64,000 bases of DNA from a virus (lineage: Duplodnaviria; Heunggongvirae; Uroviricota; Caudoviricetes). Both the position numbers and the translations under genes were made by a program. Shown piece by piece: positions 46,855-56,069 of this stretch (position 1 is the first letter of the stretch; each line of letters opens with the position of its first letter). Where the stretch lies: the IMG/VR virus record IMGVR_UViG_3300006919_000037. One strand, 5' to 3'. The notes beneath the pieces are model-generated. The model saw only the letters and a program-made list of their open reading frames with translations, was not told the DNA's origin and searched no databases.

Positions 46855-47460
46855 CTATTTAGTGGATAAGGCACCGTCTTCATTCCAAAGGCTGGTCCGG
46901 AAATCATCATAATGTTTCCTGAAGTTGGTGTGGTTCCACTCATACGGCTTCTTATGGTCTGCTATTGCAGACAATACCGGCTCATAAACTGCTCTGGTGG
47001 TGTATGTCAAAGCTTCTGGATCACTTATGACATCCTTCTTAACCTGTTCCATGAATTTTTTGTGAAAGGCATCCCTAACTGACTTGCTCATATACTCCTG
47101 CTCTATCATATCAGGATTTGGCATGTCGGGCATATCGGCACGTACTTGGCTACCAAAATGCATGTCAATCTTACCCTTCATATATAATTGAACATCAGAG
47201 ATTTTGAGAGGTGATTTCCGAATATTTTCCAGTTCATAATGCATGGCATTCAGATACCTGATCAGAAAATTGGCATTAAGAATATTCTGTTTAATCCAAT
47301 AATCCACTGGTTTCATGCTTTTGATATCACCCTTGACATAGTTCATCAAGACATCAACAACTTCAGCATACTCATCAACCAGATAACTGTCTGGCATTGA
47401 CTGACAAGATATTGAAAGCTTGTTACCACCTATGAAGCAAAAAAGGTTTGGTTTAATCAT
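46855..47460 (-). CDS. Hypothetical protein
   Basis: ORF; start moved to MIKPNL to remove the overlap. Confidence 0.6.
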   Translation of the reverse strand: MIKPNLFCFIGGNKLSISCQSMPDSYLVDEYAEVVDVLMNYVKGDIKSMKPVDYWIKQNILNANFLIRYLNAMHYELENIRKSPLKISDVQLYMKGKIDMHFGSQVRADMPDMPNPDMIEQEYMSKSVRDAFHKKFMEQVKKDVISDPEALTYTTRAVYEPVLSAIADHKKPYEWNHTNFRKHYDDFRTSLWNEDGALSTK

Positions 47461-47464
47461 TATA

Positions 47465-47872
47465 TCAGGCTCCTGTCCATCTAACACCGGTTGGCATTTT
47501 GTTGAGCACATTACCCCGTGCAAAGTTCCGTGCTGGTCCTGCTGTGCTGGCTGGTTTCAGAATGTCACCAACCTTAAAAAACCCACCTTTGGTTGTTTTA
47601 ACATTGTTGGCTCTCACCACAAAGGCAGCAATTGACCGTTTCTTGGGATTACCCCTATCATCAATCTCACCATTCCAAATCTTGATGTATTTCTGGGTTG
47701 GCTCAATGATCATACCATCACAGTAGTCTTTGATCTGGGCTTTGTAATAGTGTGCATTTTCTGGTCTCTTCTCAGACATACCATCATATGTCTGGATGTA
47801 GCTTTTCTGCATCAGGATACAATATTCAGCTACACCCTGTTCCAGAGTTTTTTCTGTTGGGGAATCTGTCAT
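47465..47872 (-). CDS. Hypothetical early protein
   Basis: QKYIKI...FKVGDILKPAS..PARNFARGNV; SD GAAAGG; upstream TTGACA-18-TATAAG (47933-47904). Confidence 0.7.
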   Translation of the reverse strand: MTDSPTEKTLEQGVAEYCILMQKSYIQTYDGMSEKRPENAHYYKAQIKDYCDGMIIEPTQKYIKIWNGEIDDRGNPKKRSIAAFVVRANNVKTTKGGFFKVGDILKPASTAGPARNFARGNVLNKMPTGVRWTGA

Positions 47873-48108
47873 TTGGAATCCTTTCATTCACGTTATTAAT
47901 TGTCTTATAACATGTGAAAGGGTTGTGTGTCAACAACTAATTTTCTATTCGAGTCTGACGGTTTCAATGGTTATGTCATCATACCCATCATAGTCGGCTT
48001 CTTTGGCCATCTTGGCTTTTCTTTCAGTCCGAAAAGTCCGGATGGATTTCATATCCCACCCGGATTTTCTAGTGAACCCTTTTTTGTAACCTGTGACAAC
48101 ATATACGT

Positions 48109-48558
48109 TCATTTTGGCTCCTGTCTGCTATTTCTGTTATTCAAACTCAACAGAGTTGATCTCACTATATTTAGCAGAAGCACAACGACATACATTATCA
48201 TGTAGTTCTGATCGAACTGATGAATGGACGTGGAGTCCTTGAATGCTGTGAATAGCAAATGTGCTTCCAGCAATCCCATGATCACGGATATTGAAACCAT
48301 AATAGAACTTATTGTAAACCCTGAAAGTCCACCAAGCAGGGCACCCAGACCCATATGACCAACTTTATCACCACCGGCTGCACCAGCTACACTGAGACCA
48401 GCAGTCACAAATAGCAAAACAACGATACCTAATGGAAGATGAATCCACATGGTCAACCACCATTGCCATTCAGCAAAATACCGAACCATTTCACCCGAAT
48501 TACTGTATCCGGAAGTCAAAAAAACCAAGCCTGCAATAGCAAGTGCAATCCATCTCAT
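48109..48558 (-). CDS. Multi-pass membrane protein
   Basis: About four hydrophobic segments; SD GGAG. Confidence 0.7.
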   Translation of the reverse strand: MRWIALAIAGLVFLTSGYSNSGEMVRYFAEWQWWLTMWIHLPLGIVVLLFVTAGLSVAGAAGGDKVGHMGLGALLGGLSGFTISSIMVSISVIMGLLEAHLLFTAFKDSTSIHQFDQNYMIMYVVVLLLNIVRSTLLSLNNRNSRQEPK

Positions 48559-48572
48559 AATATAATCTCCTT

Positions 48573-49046
48573 TTAGGATGTTGCTGGAAACTCTTCAACC
48601 TCTGGTTCTGCTTTCTTAAGACCAAGGTCAACGTGTGGGTATGCTTCTTCAACCAATTTTGGTGTCAGGTAAGGAATTTTCAAGTCCTTGTTCACCAATC
48701 TCATCATCATGTCACCCTCTCTAGGCTCCATTCCTTCAAGCATCTGTGTGAACAACACTACACGTCTCTCATCGGTTAAACCGTGTGGTGCATTTTTGTG
48801 ATCCTTCACATACAGATACATACGTCTGGCTTCCGATTGGAAATTGACATATGCCATCCCTGCTGGAATGTCATCACGTTTGAACTCCACCTTCTTTAGG
48901 GCTTCAGGGAACTGGATAGCCGGGTGGAACACACCCACCAGAAACGACTCAAACGGGCCTGTGTGGTTTCTACGGAGAACCTGAATACGTTCTTCCTTGT
49001 TTGTGGCCTTGAGGAATTCATCCATGACCTCATATACATTCTTCAT
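48573..49046 (-). CDS. Conserved T4-like hypothetical protein
   Basis: EARRMYLY...LFTQMLEGMEPRE...KDLKIPYLT; usual neighbour of RNase H in T4-like phages. Confidence 0.7.
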   Translation of the reverse strand: MKNVYEVMDEFLKATNKEERIQVLRRNHTGPFESFLVGVFHPAIQFPEALKKVEFKRDDIPAGMAYVNFQSEARRMYLYVKDHKNAPHGLTDERRVVLFTQMLEGMEPREGDMMMRLVNKDLKIPYLTPKLVEEAYPHVDLGLKKAEPEVEEFPATS

Positions 49047-49870
49047 TAAAATTCTCCAATCTGTTCTACAAGTTCTTTTTGTCTTCTGGACATGAAATAA
49101 TTCATCAGATCGGTTCTCTTTGAGACCTTTGCATTATTGAATTCCTTCATGATACTGATACTTAGGTCAGATGGGATGTATTCAAAATCCATCAGCATCT
49201 TATTACGTTCAAATTTCTTTAGCATCTCATCGTCACAAAATTCCTCTGGTTTCATGTTTACCCAGTTCACCAGATTCTTGGACAGGATAGACTTCTGTCT
49301 CTTCTCTATCAGGAACGAATTGTCTGGACTCTTGATATTAGGTATACCGTCCGACTGATCACCCCGAATGATTTTCTCCATCAGATAATGCTTCGGATTG
49401 TCTATAACCATAAACTGTTTGGTCCTTGGACAATATTGAGACACACTATCATAAGTCTGAAGCTGCATAAAATCCTTGTCTGTTGATATGATAATGGAGT
49501 TTTCCAGATTAACATATCTCACAAGGGTTGCTATGATATCATCAGCTTCAGCCTCTTTCAGATAGATAACCTTGTAGGGTGAATATTCCTTGAGAGCTTC
49601 TGTGATCTTTTTGATCAAACCATATATCAGCACCCAGTCATGCTTAGATTCTTTCTTATGGGCTTTCCGGTTGGCCTTGTAGTAGATGAATTCCTTCTTT
49701 CTCCATAAGTCCTTACCATCACAGCAAATCACCATATCACCATATTCTGAAAACCTGTTCTTGTAGCCTTTCAGAGCCTCAAAAACTTTTCGTTCAACCA
49801 CCAACTCATCAGTGGTGTCTTCGGCAAACACCGTGGCAATCACCGATTGTGCAAAATCTACAAGAATCAT
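49046..49870 (-). CDS. rnh: T4-type RNase H / 5'-3' exonuclease
   Basis: ILVDF, ICCDGK..WRK, YYKANRK, EADDIIA, ISTDKDFMQL, GDQSDGIPNI. Confidence 0.92.
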   Translation of the reverse strand: MILVDFAQSVIATVFAEDTTDELVVERKVFEALKGYKNRFSEYGDMVICCDGKDLWRKKEFIYYKANRKAHKKESKHDWVLIYGLIKKITEALKEYSPYKVIYLKEAEADDIIATLVRYVNLENSIIISTDKDFMQLQTYDSVSQYCPRTKQFMVIDNPKHYLMEKIIRGDQSDGIPNIKSPDNSFLIEKRQKSILSKNLVNWVNMKPEEFCDDEMLKKFERNKMLMDFEYIPSDLSISIMKEFNNAKVSKRTDLMNYFMSRRQKELVEQIGEF

Positions 49871-49923
49871 TGTTCCATACCTTTTTATTATTCATCATTA
49901 TGTACGGTTTATCTGTGTTCAAT

Positions 49924-50292
49924 TCAAGTGTCAGGCTCTATGTCACTTGGGATGTCATCATATATATCCGGGAATTTAGATTCAACTGTAAGGTTAGGGG
50001 TGTCTTTCATGGGGAACAGTTTGACGTGCTTGTCAAGGAAGGGGTGGAGATGGTGATAGATACCAAATTTCTTGTAGGCCATGGACCTGATGATATCATA
50101 CATGAACAGGAATGTTTTCTCATCATCAATATCATAGCTTTTCATATGCTCAATCAACTCACTGCCTATATCATCAACGATATTTTCAACATTGACTTTG
50201 ATACTGTTTAACATAGCCTGATGAACCTGCTCATCAGGAACCTGACGGAAAACATTCTTCTCAGGAAATTTCACTATGTTGTTAGCACTCAT
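49924..50292 (-). CDS. Hypothetical protein
   Basis: NNIVKFP start; ORF in a coupled chain. Confidence 0.65.
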   Translation of the reverse strand: MSANNIVKFPEKNVFRQVPDEQVHQAMLNSIKVNVENIVDDIGSELIEHMKSYDIDDEKTFLFMYDIIRSMAYKKFGIYHHLHPFLDKHVKLFPMKDTPNLTVESKFPDIYDDIPSDIEPDT

Positions 50293-51359
50293 TTGATTAT
50301 CCTAACTAGGAGTGTGTCGGAATTGATTCGACCCACTGCTTTCTGCTCTTTAGTCTTCAGTTCCTTCATGATCTTATTACGAATTATGCTACCACCATCC
50401 CATACCCGTTTGAGAATGACTTCCGGTTTCCTTACGATCTTTGTGATCGACTTATCCGGATCAAACCCATATACCGTGGTTCCCTTGACTGTGAACCCGT
50501 CCCTTGTCCCCGTATAGAGGACAGTAAGCTTCTTGTACCGGGTATTGAACAACCATACTTCAGAGGCTCCCACGAGCTTTACAGGCTCAACAGAGACCAC
50601 TTTGTATTTAGGATCATCCTTCTGATACTGGACGGCAATTGTTTGCTGTCTGGCTGTCTTGACCTTCTTCTTACGTTTCCGTGTCGATCCTTTGATCAGC
50701 TTGTCACAAGCAGCAATCAGAGTGTTGAACCATACGGACATATATTTCAATTCTGCTTTCGAGTAGCAGTGATATGCTTCAACCAAATCCTTGTGTGTCT
50801 TGTTAAGAGCACCGTCAATTTCTTCCAGCACCTTTTTGTAATGCTCCATGACGTGGACGGCTACTGGACCCTTAACACCATGTTCAACCAACCATCCATA
50901 TATGTTGGGTTTCTTGACCTTGTTCTCAAGATCATCATCCTTCTGATCATCCAGCATATCAATATACTGATACGATTTCATGAGGGTTGATACTTGAGGG
51001 GATTTCCGTTTTCGGGTTGGGATGTCATGACTGATTTCGAGCAGGTGGTTGATACCTTCAGAAACCTTGTTGACCATCTCAAATGGTAGCTCAGTTCCGT
51101 TGGTCATTATCCTAGCAATCCAACCAACCGACACACCTAGTGTGATCATCGATTTGTAATTGAGGTTGGCAACCTGTTGGACTTCATCATCCGGATAATC
51201 ACTATTCTTCATGAATTCTACAACATGGTCCAATGATTTTTTGGAACCATGCATATAGTTGTACCAATTATAGGCATTGGTGATGTCAACACCATCGGGA
51301 TACGATTCAAGAATCGGCTCTGAACCAAACGTGTCTCTATCAACTGTCCGTTTTTTCAT
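50289..51359 (-). CDS. Conserved T4-like hypothetical protein
   Basis: AYNWYNY, VWLFNTRYKKL, GTTVYGFD, GRINSDT; strong promoter upstream. Confidence 0.75.
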   Translation of the reverse strand: MKKRTVDRDTFGSEPILESYPDGVDITNAYNWYNYMHGSKKSLDHVVEFMKNSDYPDDEVQQVANLNYKSMITLGVSVGWIARIMTNGTELPFEMVNKVSEGINHLLEISHDIPTRKRKSPQVSTLMKSYQYIDMLDDQKDDDLENKVKKPNIYGWLVEHGVKGPVAVHVMEHYKKVLEEIDGALNKTHKDLVEAYHCYSKAELKYMSVWFNTLIAACDKLIKGSTRKRKKKVKTARQQTIAVQYQKDDPKYKVVSVEPVKLVGASEVWLFNTRYKKLTVLYTGTRDGFTVKGTTVYGFDPDKSITKIVRKPEVILKRVWDGGSIIRNKIMKELKTKEQKAVGRINSDTLLVRIIK

Positions 51360-51389
51360 TGTCTTCTTTCATGTGATTTTCTTATCACC

Positions 51390-51418
51390 ATTATATAGGA
51401 CCACATTTCAAAAGTCAA
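51390..51418 (-). promoter_or_regulatory. Strong sigma70-type early promoter
   Basis: TTGACT-17-TATAAT. Confidence 0.8.
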
Positions 51419-51499
51419 TAAACCATAGGTTGTAAAACTACAACCATAGGTTGGTAGACTCATTGAAAAAAGTGTTCTATAATAAAGACTTAGAGTAAA

Positions 51500-51598
51500 T
51501 TATTTCTTGGAGAATTTTCTCTTAGCTCTTGCACGTCTCTTCTTGGAGCCGATCTTTCTTCGGCCCTTTGGTGGTCTGTTCTTATGTGGATGTGGCAA
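51500..51598 (-). CDS. 32-aa highly basic peptide (TTG start)
   Basis: MPHPHKNRPPKGRRKIGSKKRRARAKRKFSKK; GGAG SD 10 nt upstream. Confidence 0.55.
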   Translation of the reverse strand: MPHPHKNRPPKGRRKIGSKKRRARAKRKFSKK

Positions 51599-51611
51599 TG
51601 TTCATAATCTC

Positions 51612-51896
51612 CTATGGCCAGTAATTTTCTTGGAACTTGAATAGTTTTTCGAGAGAATCATATCCACCAATCAGATGGATGTCTCCATTACCCCATTTTG
51701 AAAAAATCATGGGCATGGTAGGCTTCTCAATACCCTTCCACTGTAGAAAGGATTTCCAAGCACCCACATCACCGTTAATGGATATGGTAGTGTACTTGAT
51801 ACCTTTCTCATCCAACAATGCCTTGGCCTTGTCACACCACGAGCAATCAGATTTTGTCAACACCAACAGAGGTTCAATAAACTCAGGTTTAATCAT
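51612..51896 (-). CDS. Glutaredoxin
   Basis: CSWC active site, TMPMIF, IGGYDSL. Confidence 0.85.
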   Translation of the reverse strand: MIKPEFIEPLLVLTKSDCSWCDKAKALLDEKGIKYTTISINGDVGAWKSFLQWKGIEKPTMPMIFSKWGNGDIHLIGGYDSLEKLFKFQENYWP

Positions 51897-52114
51897 CCGT
51901 ACTTCTTCCATTTTACCCATTCCAGAATTTCTTCAGCCCGGTCAGGTGAGAGGTGTTCTTTACCGTATGCATACAACCGTTTGTATGTCTCTGCACCGTG
52001 CCTATACCATGACATGTCTTCAGACATTTCATACATGAAATCATGCTTCATGCACATGTCATAGTAGGTTTTTTCTTCCTCAGTGAGGGTATCTTCATAT
52101 TTCAAATTTGTCAT
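51893..52114 (-). CDS. Hypothetical protein
   Basis: HDFMYEMSED..WYRHG; upstream TTGACA at 52153. Confidence 0.65.
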   Translation of the reverse strand: MTNLKYEDTLTEEEKTYYDMCMKHDFMYEMSEDMSWYRHGAETYKRLYAYGKEHLSPDRAEEILEWVKWKKYG

Positions 52115-52161
52115 AATAGAACACCATATACATGAGTTGGTGGGCTGTGTCAACCTTTAAT

Positions 52162-52326
52162 TTACATATTGACACGATTTATGAAAGCTTTGGCATGGGC
52201 TTCCGACATGAATTTGTTTTCGACGGCATGTTCGTAATCTCTACGGTATTCGGTTCTCATCATACGAGTCATTGGACCTTCACCGAATAGGTCAAAGCCA
52301 TTGAAAAAGTTTAGCAAAGCAGACAT
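52162..52326 (-). CDS. 54-aa hypothetical protein (below track cutoff)
   Basis: MSALLNFFNGFDLFGEGPMTRMMRTEY...; fills the gap between ORFs. Confidence 0.5.
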   Translation of the reverse strand: MSALLNFFNGFDLFGEGPMTRMMRTEYRRDYEHAVENKFMSEAHAKAFINRVNM

Positions 52327-52409
52327 TGGAATTCTCCACAAAAAAAGCCATGGATGATTCCACGACTTCTCCTGTATTTATTGCTGCACTGCACAAAACT
52401 CAATCCACC

Positions 52410-52610
52410 TTATTGCATATCTGTTATGCTTTCCACACCAAGATCACTTAAAATATCTTCCAATTCTTTTGCAAAATATTCCAAATCTTCTACACTGTAT
52501 TTGTGACCATGTTCTACCAATAAAGCCTTAATGATAGTGGCTTGTATCCTTAAGTCTTTTTTGAGTAATTCTTCTTGTGATTCTTTTTGTGATTCTTCAA
52601 TCTTCGACAT
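52410..52610 (-). CDS. Small hypothetical protein
   Basis: Start reset to MSKIEES. Confidence 0.55.
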   Translation of the reverse strand: MSKIEESQKESQEELLKKDLRIQATIIKALLVEHGHKYSVEDLEYFAKELEDILSDLGVESITDMQ

Positions 52611-52884
52611 TTTCAGATTTCCTATACTTATGTTTCCGTGCCCAATCATGCAACATTCTTGGAACTTTATCACAACCTCTAGCCATTTTATGATTACTGA
52701 AACCATCAAGCAGCCGGATAAATTTATGATACTCTATATCAGGATCACCCATACTGAAAAACATTAACCACTCAGTCTTCCCCATTTCCCCCCATTCAGA
52801 GCTTCTTGTATAGTTCAATCCTTCAATGAAATTGACAACATCACTGGTCCTGATATAATAGGGAATTTGTTTATTTTTCGTCAT
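52597..52884 (-). CDS. Hypothetical protein
   Basis: ORF in a coupled chain. Confidence 0.6.
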   Translation of the reverse strand: MTKNKQIPYYIRTSDVVNFIEGLNYTRSSEWGEMGKTEWLMFFSMGDPDIEYHKFIRLLDGFSNHKMARGCDKVPRMLHDWARKHKYRKSENVED

Positions 52885-53107
52885 TTCCCATAATCCACTT
52901 CATGACATGATCAATATGGTGAGGGACCTTATATTCCCTATTGTTGGACATACGAATCGTGCACCAGTTATTTCCCCCACTGTCTGTGTATGGGTCTAAT
53001 ACTTCAGACACAAATTCAACATTGATATATACATCATACAACCATCTCATATGGTCTGGTGATGCAGCATCAGCATGTTTAATTAATATAAATTTACTCT
53101 TTGACAT
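52871..53107 (-). CDS. Hypothetical protein
   Basis: ORF in a coupled chain. Confidence 0.6.
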   Translation of the reverse strand: MSKSKFILIKHADAASPDHMRWLYDVYINVEFVSEVLDPYTDSGGNNWCTIRMSNNREYKVPHHIDHVMKWIMGNDEK

Positions 53108-53504
53108 GGCTCTTGCTAACTTTCACATGCATCCAATCATTATAATACTCTTCTTTGAGAATTGCATCACGTTTGAATATCTCACTGGCTTCATAATAAT
53201 TTGCCGTACCCTTCGTCTTACATAGGTGAAGTATTTCCCTATGGAAAGCACCCTTCCCAAGTCTGGCAACCTCTTCCTGTATCGTCTTGTTCGATCCGTA
53301 ATAGTCTTGCCAATCAGACTCAGCTTTGTATTTCTTCTTCTTCAGCTTCACTTGCCGGGTCTTGCTCACATAGAAGAATTTCCGACCTACGTATTTCTTA
53401 TGGGTGACGTTATTGGTGATCAGGTAGACAAATCCATAATAGCCTTCGGGGATTTCTGTCAGGGGTTCTTTGTTGTAAATCCAAGGTGTGGTAGTCATAT
53501 TCAT
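53094..53504 (-). CDS. Stand-alone GIY-YIG nuclease (endonuclease II/DenA-like)
   Basis: GFVYLITN...KKYVGRK, YYGS, REIL, YYEASEI; CATAAATA late promoter at 53529-53522. Confidence 0.75.
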   Translation of the reverse strand: MNMTTTPWIYNKEPLTEIPEGYYGFVYLITNNVTHKKYVGRKFFYVSKTRQVKLKKKKYKAESDWQDYYGSNKTIQEEVARLGKGAFHREILHLCKTKGTANYYEASEIFKRDAILKEEYYNDWMHVKVSKSHVKE

Positions 53505-53537
53505 ACTCCATTATCTGGGAGTATTTATGTGACCTTC

Positions 53538-53741
53538 CTACAAGTCTGGATCGAATATTTCCAAGAGGACAAGGTATACCACAACAGAAGTCATTATGCA
53601 TATTGCTAAGATAATTGGAGCTACTGTCATGTAAAAAGCAATCACCCCACCCATGTTTATTGCAAACAAAATATATACAAGAGTAAGAAAAGCTCCCAAC
53701 ACTGCCCATATTTTCATTGTACTATGTTTCATTTTTATCAT
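53538..53741 (-). CDS. Small two-TM membrane protein
   Basis: Two hydrophobic stretches. Confidence 0.55.
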   Translation of the reverse strand: MIKMKHSTMKIWAVLGAFLTLVYILFAINMGGVIAFYMTVAPIILAICIMTSVVVYLVLLEIFDPDL

Positions 53742-53744
53742 CCT

Positions 53745-53984
53745 TTAAAGCTTGATATCAAATGGAAACCATTTTGATGCATCACGTGTAACCATCAACT
53801 CACCATCCTCATTCACCTTCTCTTCAAATTGCCAGCACCAGTGATCATATTGGGTTATCTCATGTCTGGGAAACTTCTGGCATTTTGGAGATAACCAGTA
53901 TTTACAGTTCCAGCAACCATCCCGGACTGTAATACTCTCATCACCGAATACATGTTCTTGAATTTTTCTCATAACCTTACCCAT
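53745..53984 (-). CDS. Hypothetical Cys-containing protein
   Basis: CWNC..C..C pattern. Confidence 0.6.
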   Translation of the reverse strand: MGKVMRKIQEHVFGDESITVRDGCWNCKYWLSPKCQKFPRHEITQYDHWCWQFEEKVNEDGELMVTRDASKWFPFDIKL

Positions 53985-54201
53985 TCAAAATTTTTCTATC
54001 ACTTGCCTTAAAGTCTCTGAACTCAGCTTCGACCAAAGAGAATTCACTCTCTGTGATCAACCCAGCCTTCAGATCACTCAATGCCTTCTCATATTTCTCT
54101 TGAATTGCATGTTCCATCTCTAGCACCTTTACTGTTGGAGTTTCCTGTTTAGCCACGGCTCTCTGAAGATCACCGATTCCTGTGAGTGATTCTGTTTTCA
54201 T
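53977..54201 (-). CDS. Hypothetical protein
   Basis: ORF in a coupled chain. Confidence 0.6.
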   Translation of the reverse strand: MKTESLTGIGDLQRAVAKQETPTVKVLEMEHAIQEKYEKALSDLKAGLITESEFSLVEAEFRDFKASDRKILNG

Positions 54202-54202
54202 T

Positions 54203-54412
54203 TTATGAATCCTCTAGTTTCATTGACCTATATGTAATGTCTCTATATATTTTTACAACGTATGTTTTGTGACATCTGGGACATTTCATCAGAACCTCTT
54301 CTATACACTCCAAGAGTCCCACACTCTCAAGATTGGTCTCTCCCTTACAATGTGGGCACTTACCGTGCAGATAGCTTACTGTTTCATTTTCATTCTTCAT
54401 ATTTTGTCTCAC
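54203..54412 (-). CDS. Zinc-ribbon protein
   Basis: CPHC...CPRC. Confidence 0.6.
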   Translation of the reverse strand: MRQNMKNENETVSYLHGKCPHCKGETNLESVGLLECIEEVLMKCPRCHKTYVVKIYRDITYRSMKLEDS

Positions 54413-54623
54413 ATGGTGGTTTGTTTATTCCAAAAGGATAGTCTTCATACCTATCCACACCGGTCTCATCATACCAAGAACAATCGTTCATTGTCCTGTA
54501 ATTTCCATTACTGCAATAGTCACAGAACCCGTAATCGTTACGGGTGAGCTTTCTGTGTTCACCGGGTTGTCTGTATATACCCATATATATGAGGAATTTT
54601 TCCAACAAACTAAACATCGGCAA
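54390..54623 (-). CDS. Hypothetical protein
   Basis: ORF in a coupled chain. Confidence 0.55.
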   Translation of the reverse strand: MPMFSLLEKFLIYMGIYRQPGEHRKLTRNDYGFCDYCSNGNYRTMNDCSWYDETGVDRYEDYPFGINKPPCETKYEE

Positions 54624-55068
54624 AGGCTTTCAGGGCTTTCATATACCACACATTCTTGATATCATCATCTGTGATCTGCTTCAAGTCATCCACTGAGTTG
54701 ATTCCACCCCACCACGATTCATAACCCATTATGATTTCGTTCAGTTCCGGAACAAAGATTGCCGGGTTGTTGTGTGCATGTACAATGATTGTTTCTGTCT
54801 TCACTTCATACACAATGTGGGCATCAACACAAACATCACCCATGTAGAATCCAAGAAAGGTCTTGTCTTTGTATCTCTCACCCACCGGCCTGATAGACAC
54901 CACGTCCCCGATTTTGGAATCAAACCCGTTTATAGGTTTACCAAAAAACTGCTTCTTGATCTTGATATCAGTTTCTTCAATATTCTTCACCGGGTTTTCT
55001 TCGATCTCTTTAGATAGTGCAAGCACAAGAGCATCAAGACCGGGCAAGTTTCCCATATCATCACACAT
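54610..55068 (-). CDS. Hypothetical protein
   Basis: NPAIFVPEL..IIMGYESWW; start reset to MCDD. Confidence 0.65.
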   Translation of the reverse strand: MCDDMGNLPGLDALVLALSKEIEENPVKNIEETDIKIKKQFFGKPINGFDSKIGDVVSIRPVGERYKDKTFLGFYMGDVCVDAHIVYEVKTETIIVHAHNNPAIFVPELNEIIMGYESWWGGINSVDDLKQITDDDIKNVWYMKALKAFADV

Positions 55069-55447
55069 TATATATCTTCTTTCTTTTCTTTTGCCACTGC
55101 CACCACTCTTCAACAAACTTCTTGTCTAACCACTTCTCATTACCTTCAAAGAATCTCTGGTAAACTTCTTTCATATGTTCATGATGCACATGTTCACCAT
55201 TCAACACGTTTGCAGATGATCCCGGTTCACTCTCAGGTGCATACCACCCAGTCTTCTCTTCTGCAACACTCAAGGGTCTTGAATCATCATATGGGCCTAT
55301 CTCAGAGGCATGACAGGAGACACAATGAAATGGTCCACACTGCTGCATCCCTACACCTATGTCCACATAGTCGGCACTGCATATGTGTCCACAATATGGG
55401 CAGTGCTCATACGGCTCTTTTTCTCCATATAGATATCCACCAGACAT
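55061..55447 (-). CDS. Zinc-finger hypothetical protein
   Basis: CPYC...C.ADYVDIGVG..QCGP.HC..C..SE. Confidence 0.7.
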   Translation of the reverse strand: MSGGYLYGEKEPYEHCPYCGHICSADYVDIGVGMQQCGPFHCVSCHASEIGPYDDSRPLSVAEEKTGWYAPESEPGSSANVLNGEHVHHEHMKEVYQRFFEGNEKWLDKKFVEEWWQWQKKRKKIYNV

Positions 55448-55923
55448 TATGTTTTCTCTTTTCTTTCTCTCTGTCTTGACTCAACACTTCTCATCAGATG
55501 GTTGATAGCTTCAATATCTCCAACATCAACCTGTAATTTTCTTGAGGGTGTTAAACCCTGCACAGTATCCCACAGTGCTGAGATTTTGTCATAGTAAAAG
55601 GAACCATACTTCAAAGCATACAAATATGGTGTGTAAGGGGTGGATATTATGTGACGGTTATACTTCCATGGTAAACCTGCAATCCAAAAGTTTTCAAGCT
55701 GTTCTTCTGTAGGTTTCCCGTATATTTCTTCATGTTCTGTTGTTTCTTTACCTAAAAAAGATTTTGTCTTTTTGTATTCAACCCCAAGATACATCTCTTT
55801 GCCCCTGTGTTCATCCATGAAGGCTTGCTTCTGATCTTCAATGAATTTATCACGTTCATTGAAGATCAGTTCAAGCTTGCCCTTCACTTCAGATACTTTC
55901 ATTTCAACAGTAGTCATTATCAC
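55447..55923 (-). CDS. Hypothetical protein
   Basis: ORF with SD GAGG. Confidence 0.65.
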   Translation of the reverse strand: MIMTTVEMKVSEVKGKLELIFNERDKFIEDQKQAFMDEHRGKEMYLGVEYKKTKSFLGKETTEHEEIYGKPTEEQLENFWIAGLPWKYNRHIISTPYTPYLYALKYGSFYYDKISALWDTVQGLTPSRKLQVDVGDIEAINHLMRSVESRQRERKEKT

Positions 55924-56069
55924 ATCCTCTTTAATAAGTGTGCCGTATTGCCTATATTACACGTCCATAGCATGAATAACCCTTTTCGGTGGACAAACGA
56001 TATAAGCCGTTTTGTAAATCTGTCCACGGCACGGGGACCCAGATCAAGGAGTCCGAAAAGGGTTAGCTC

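Noticed and set aside
53094-53504. Intron-encoded or freestanding homing endonuclease
   Set aside because: Catalytic domain only, no DNA-binding extension, and no interrupted host gene nearby.
55977-56065. Cobalamin riboswitch controlling nrdJ
   Set aside because: The element is downstream of nrdJ and has no recognisable B12 box; the gap upstream of nrdJ is only 27 nt.
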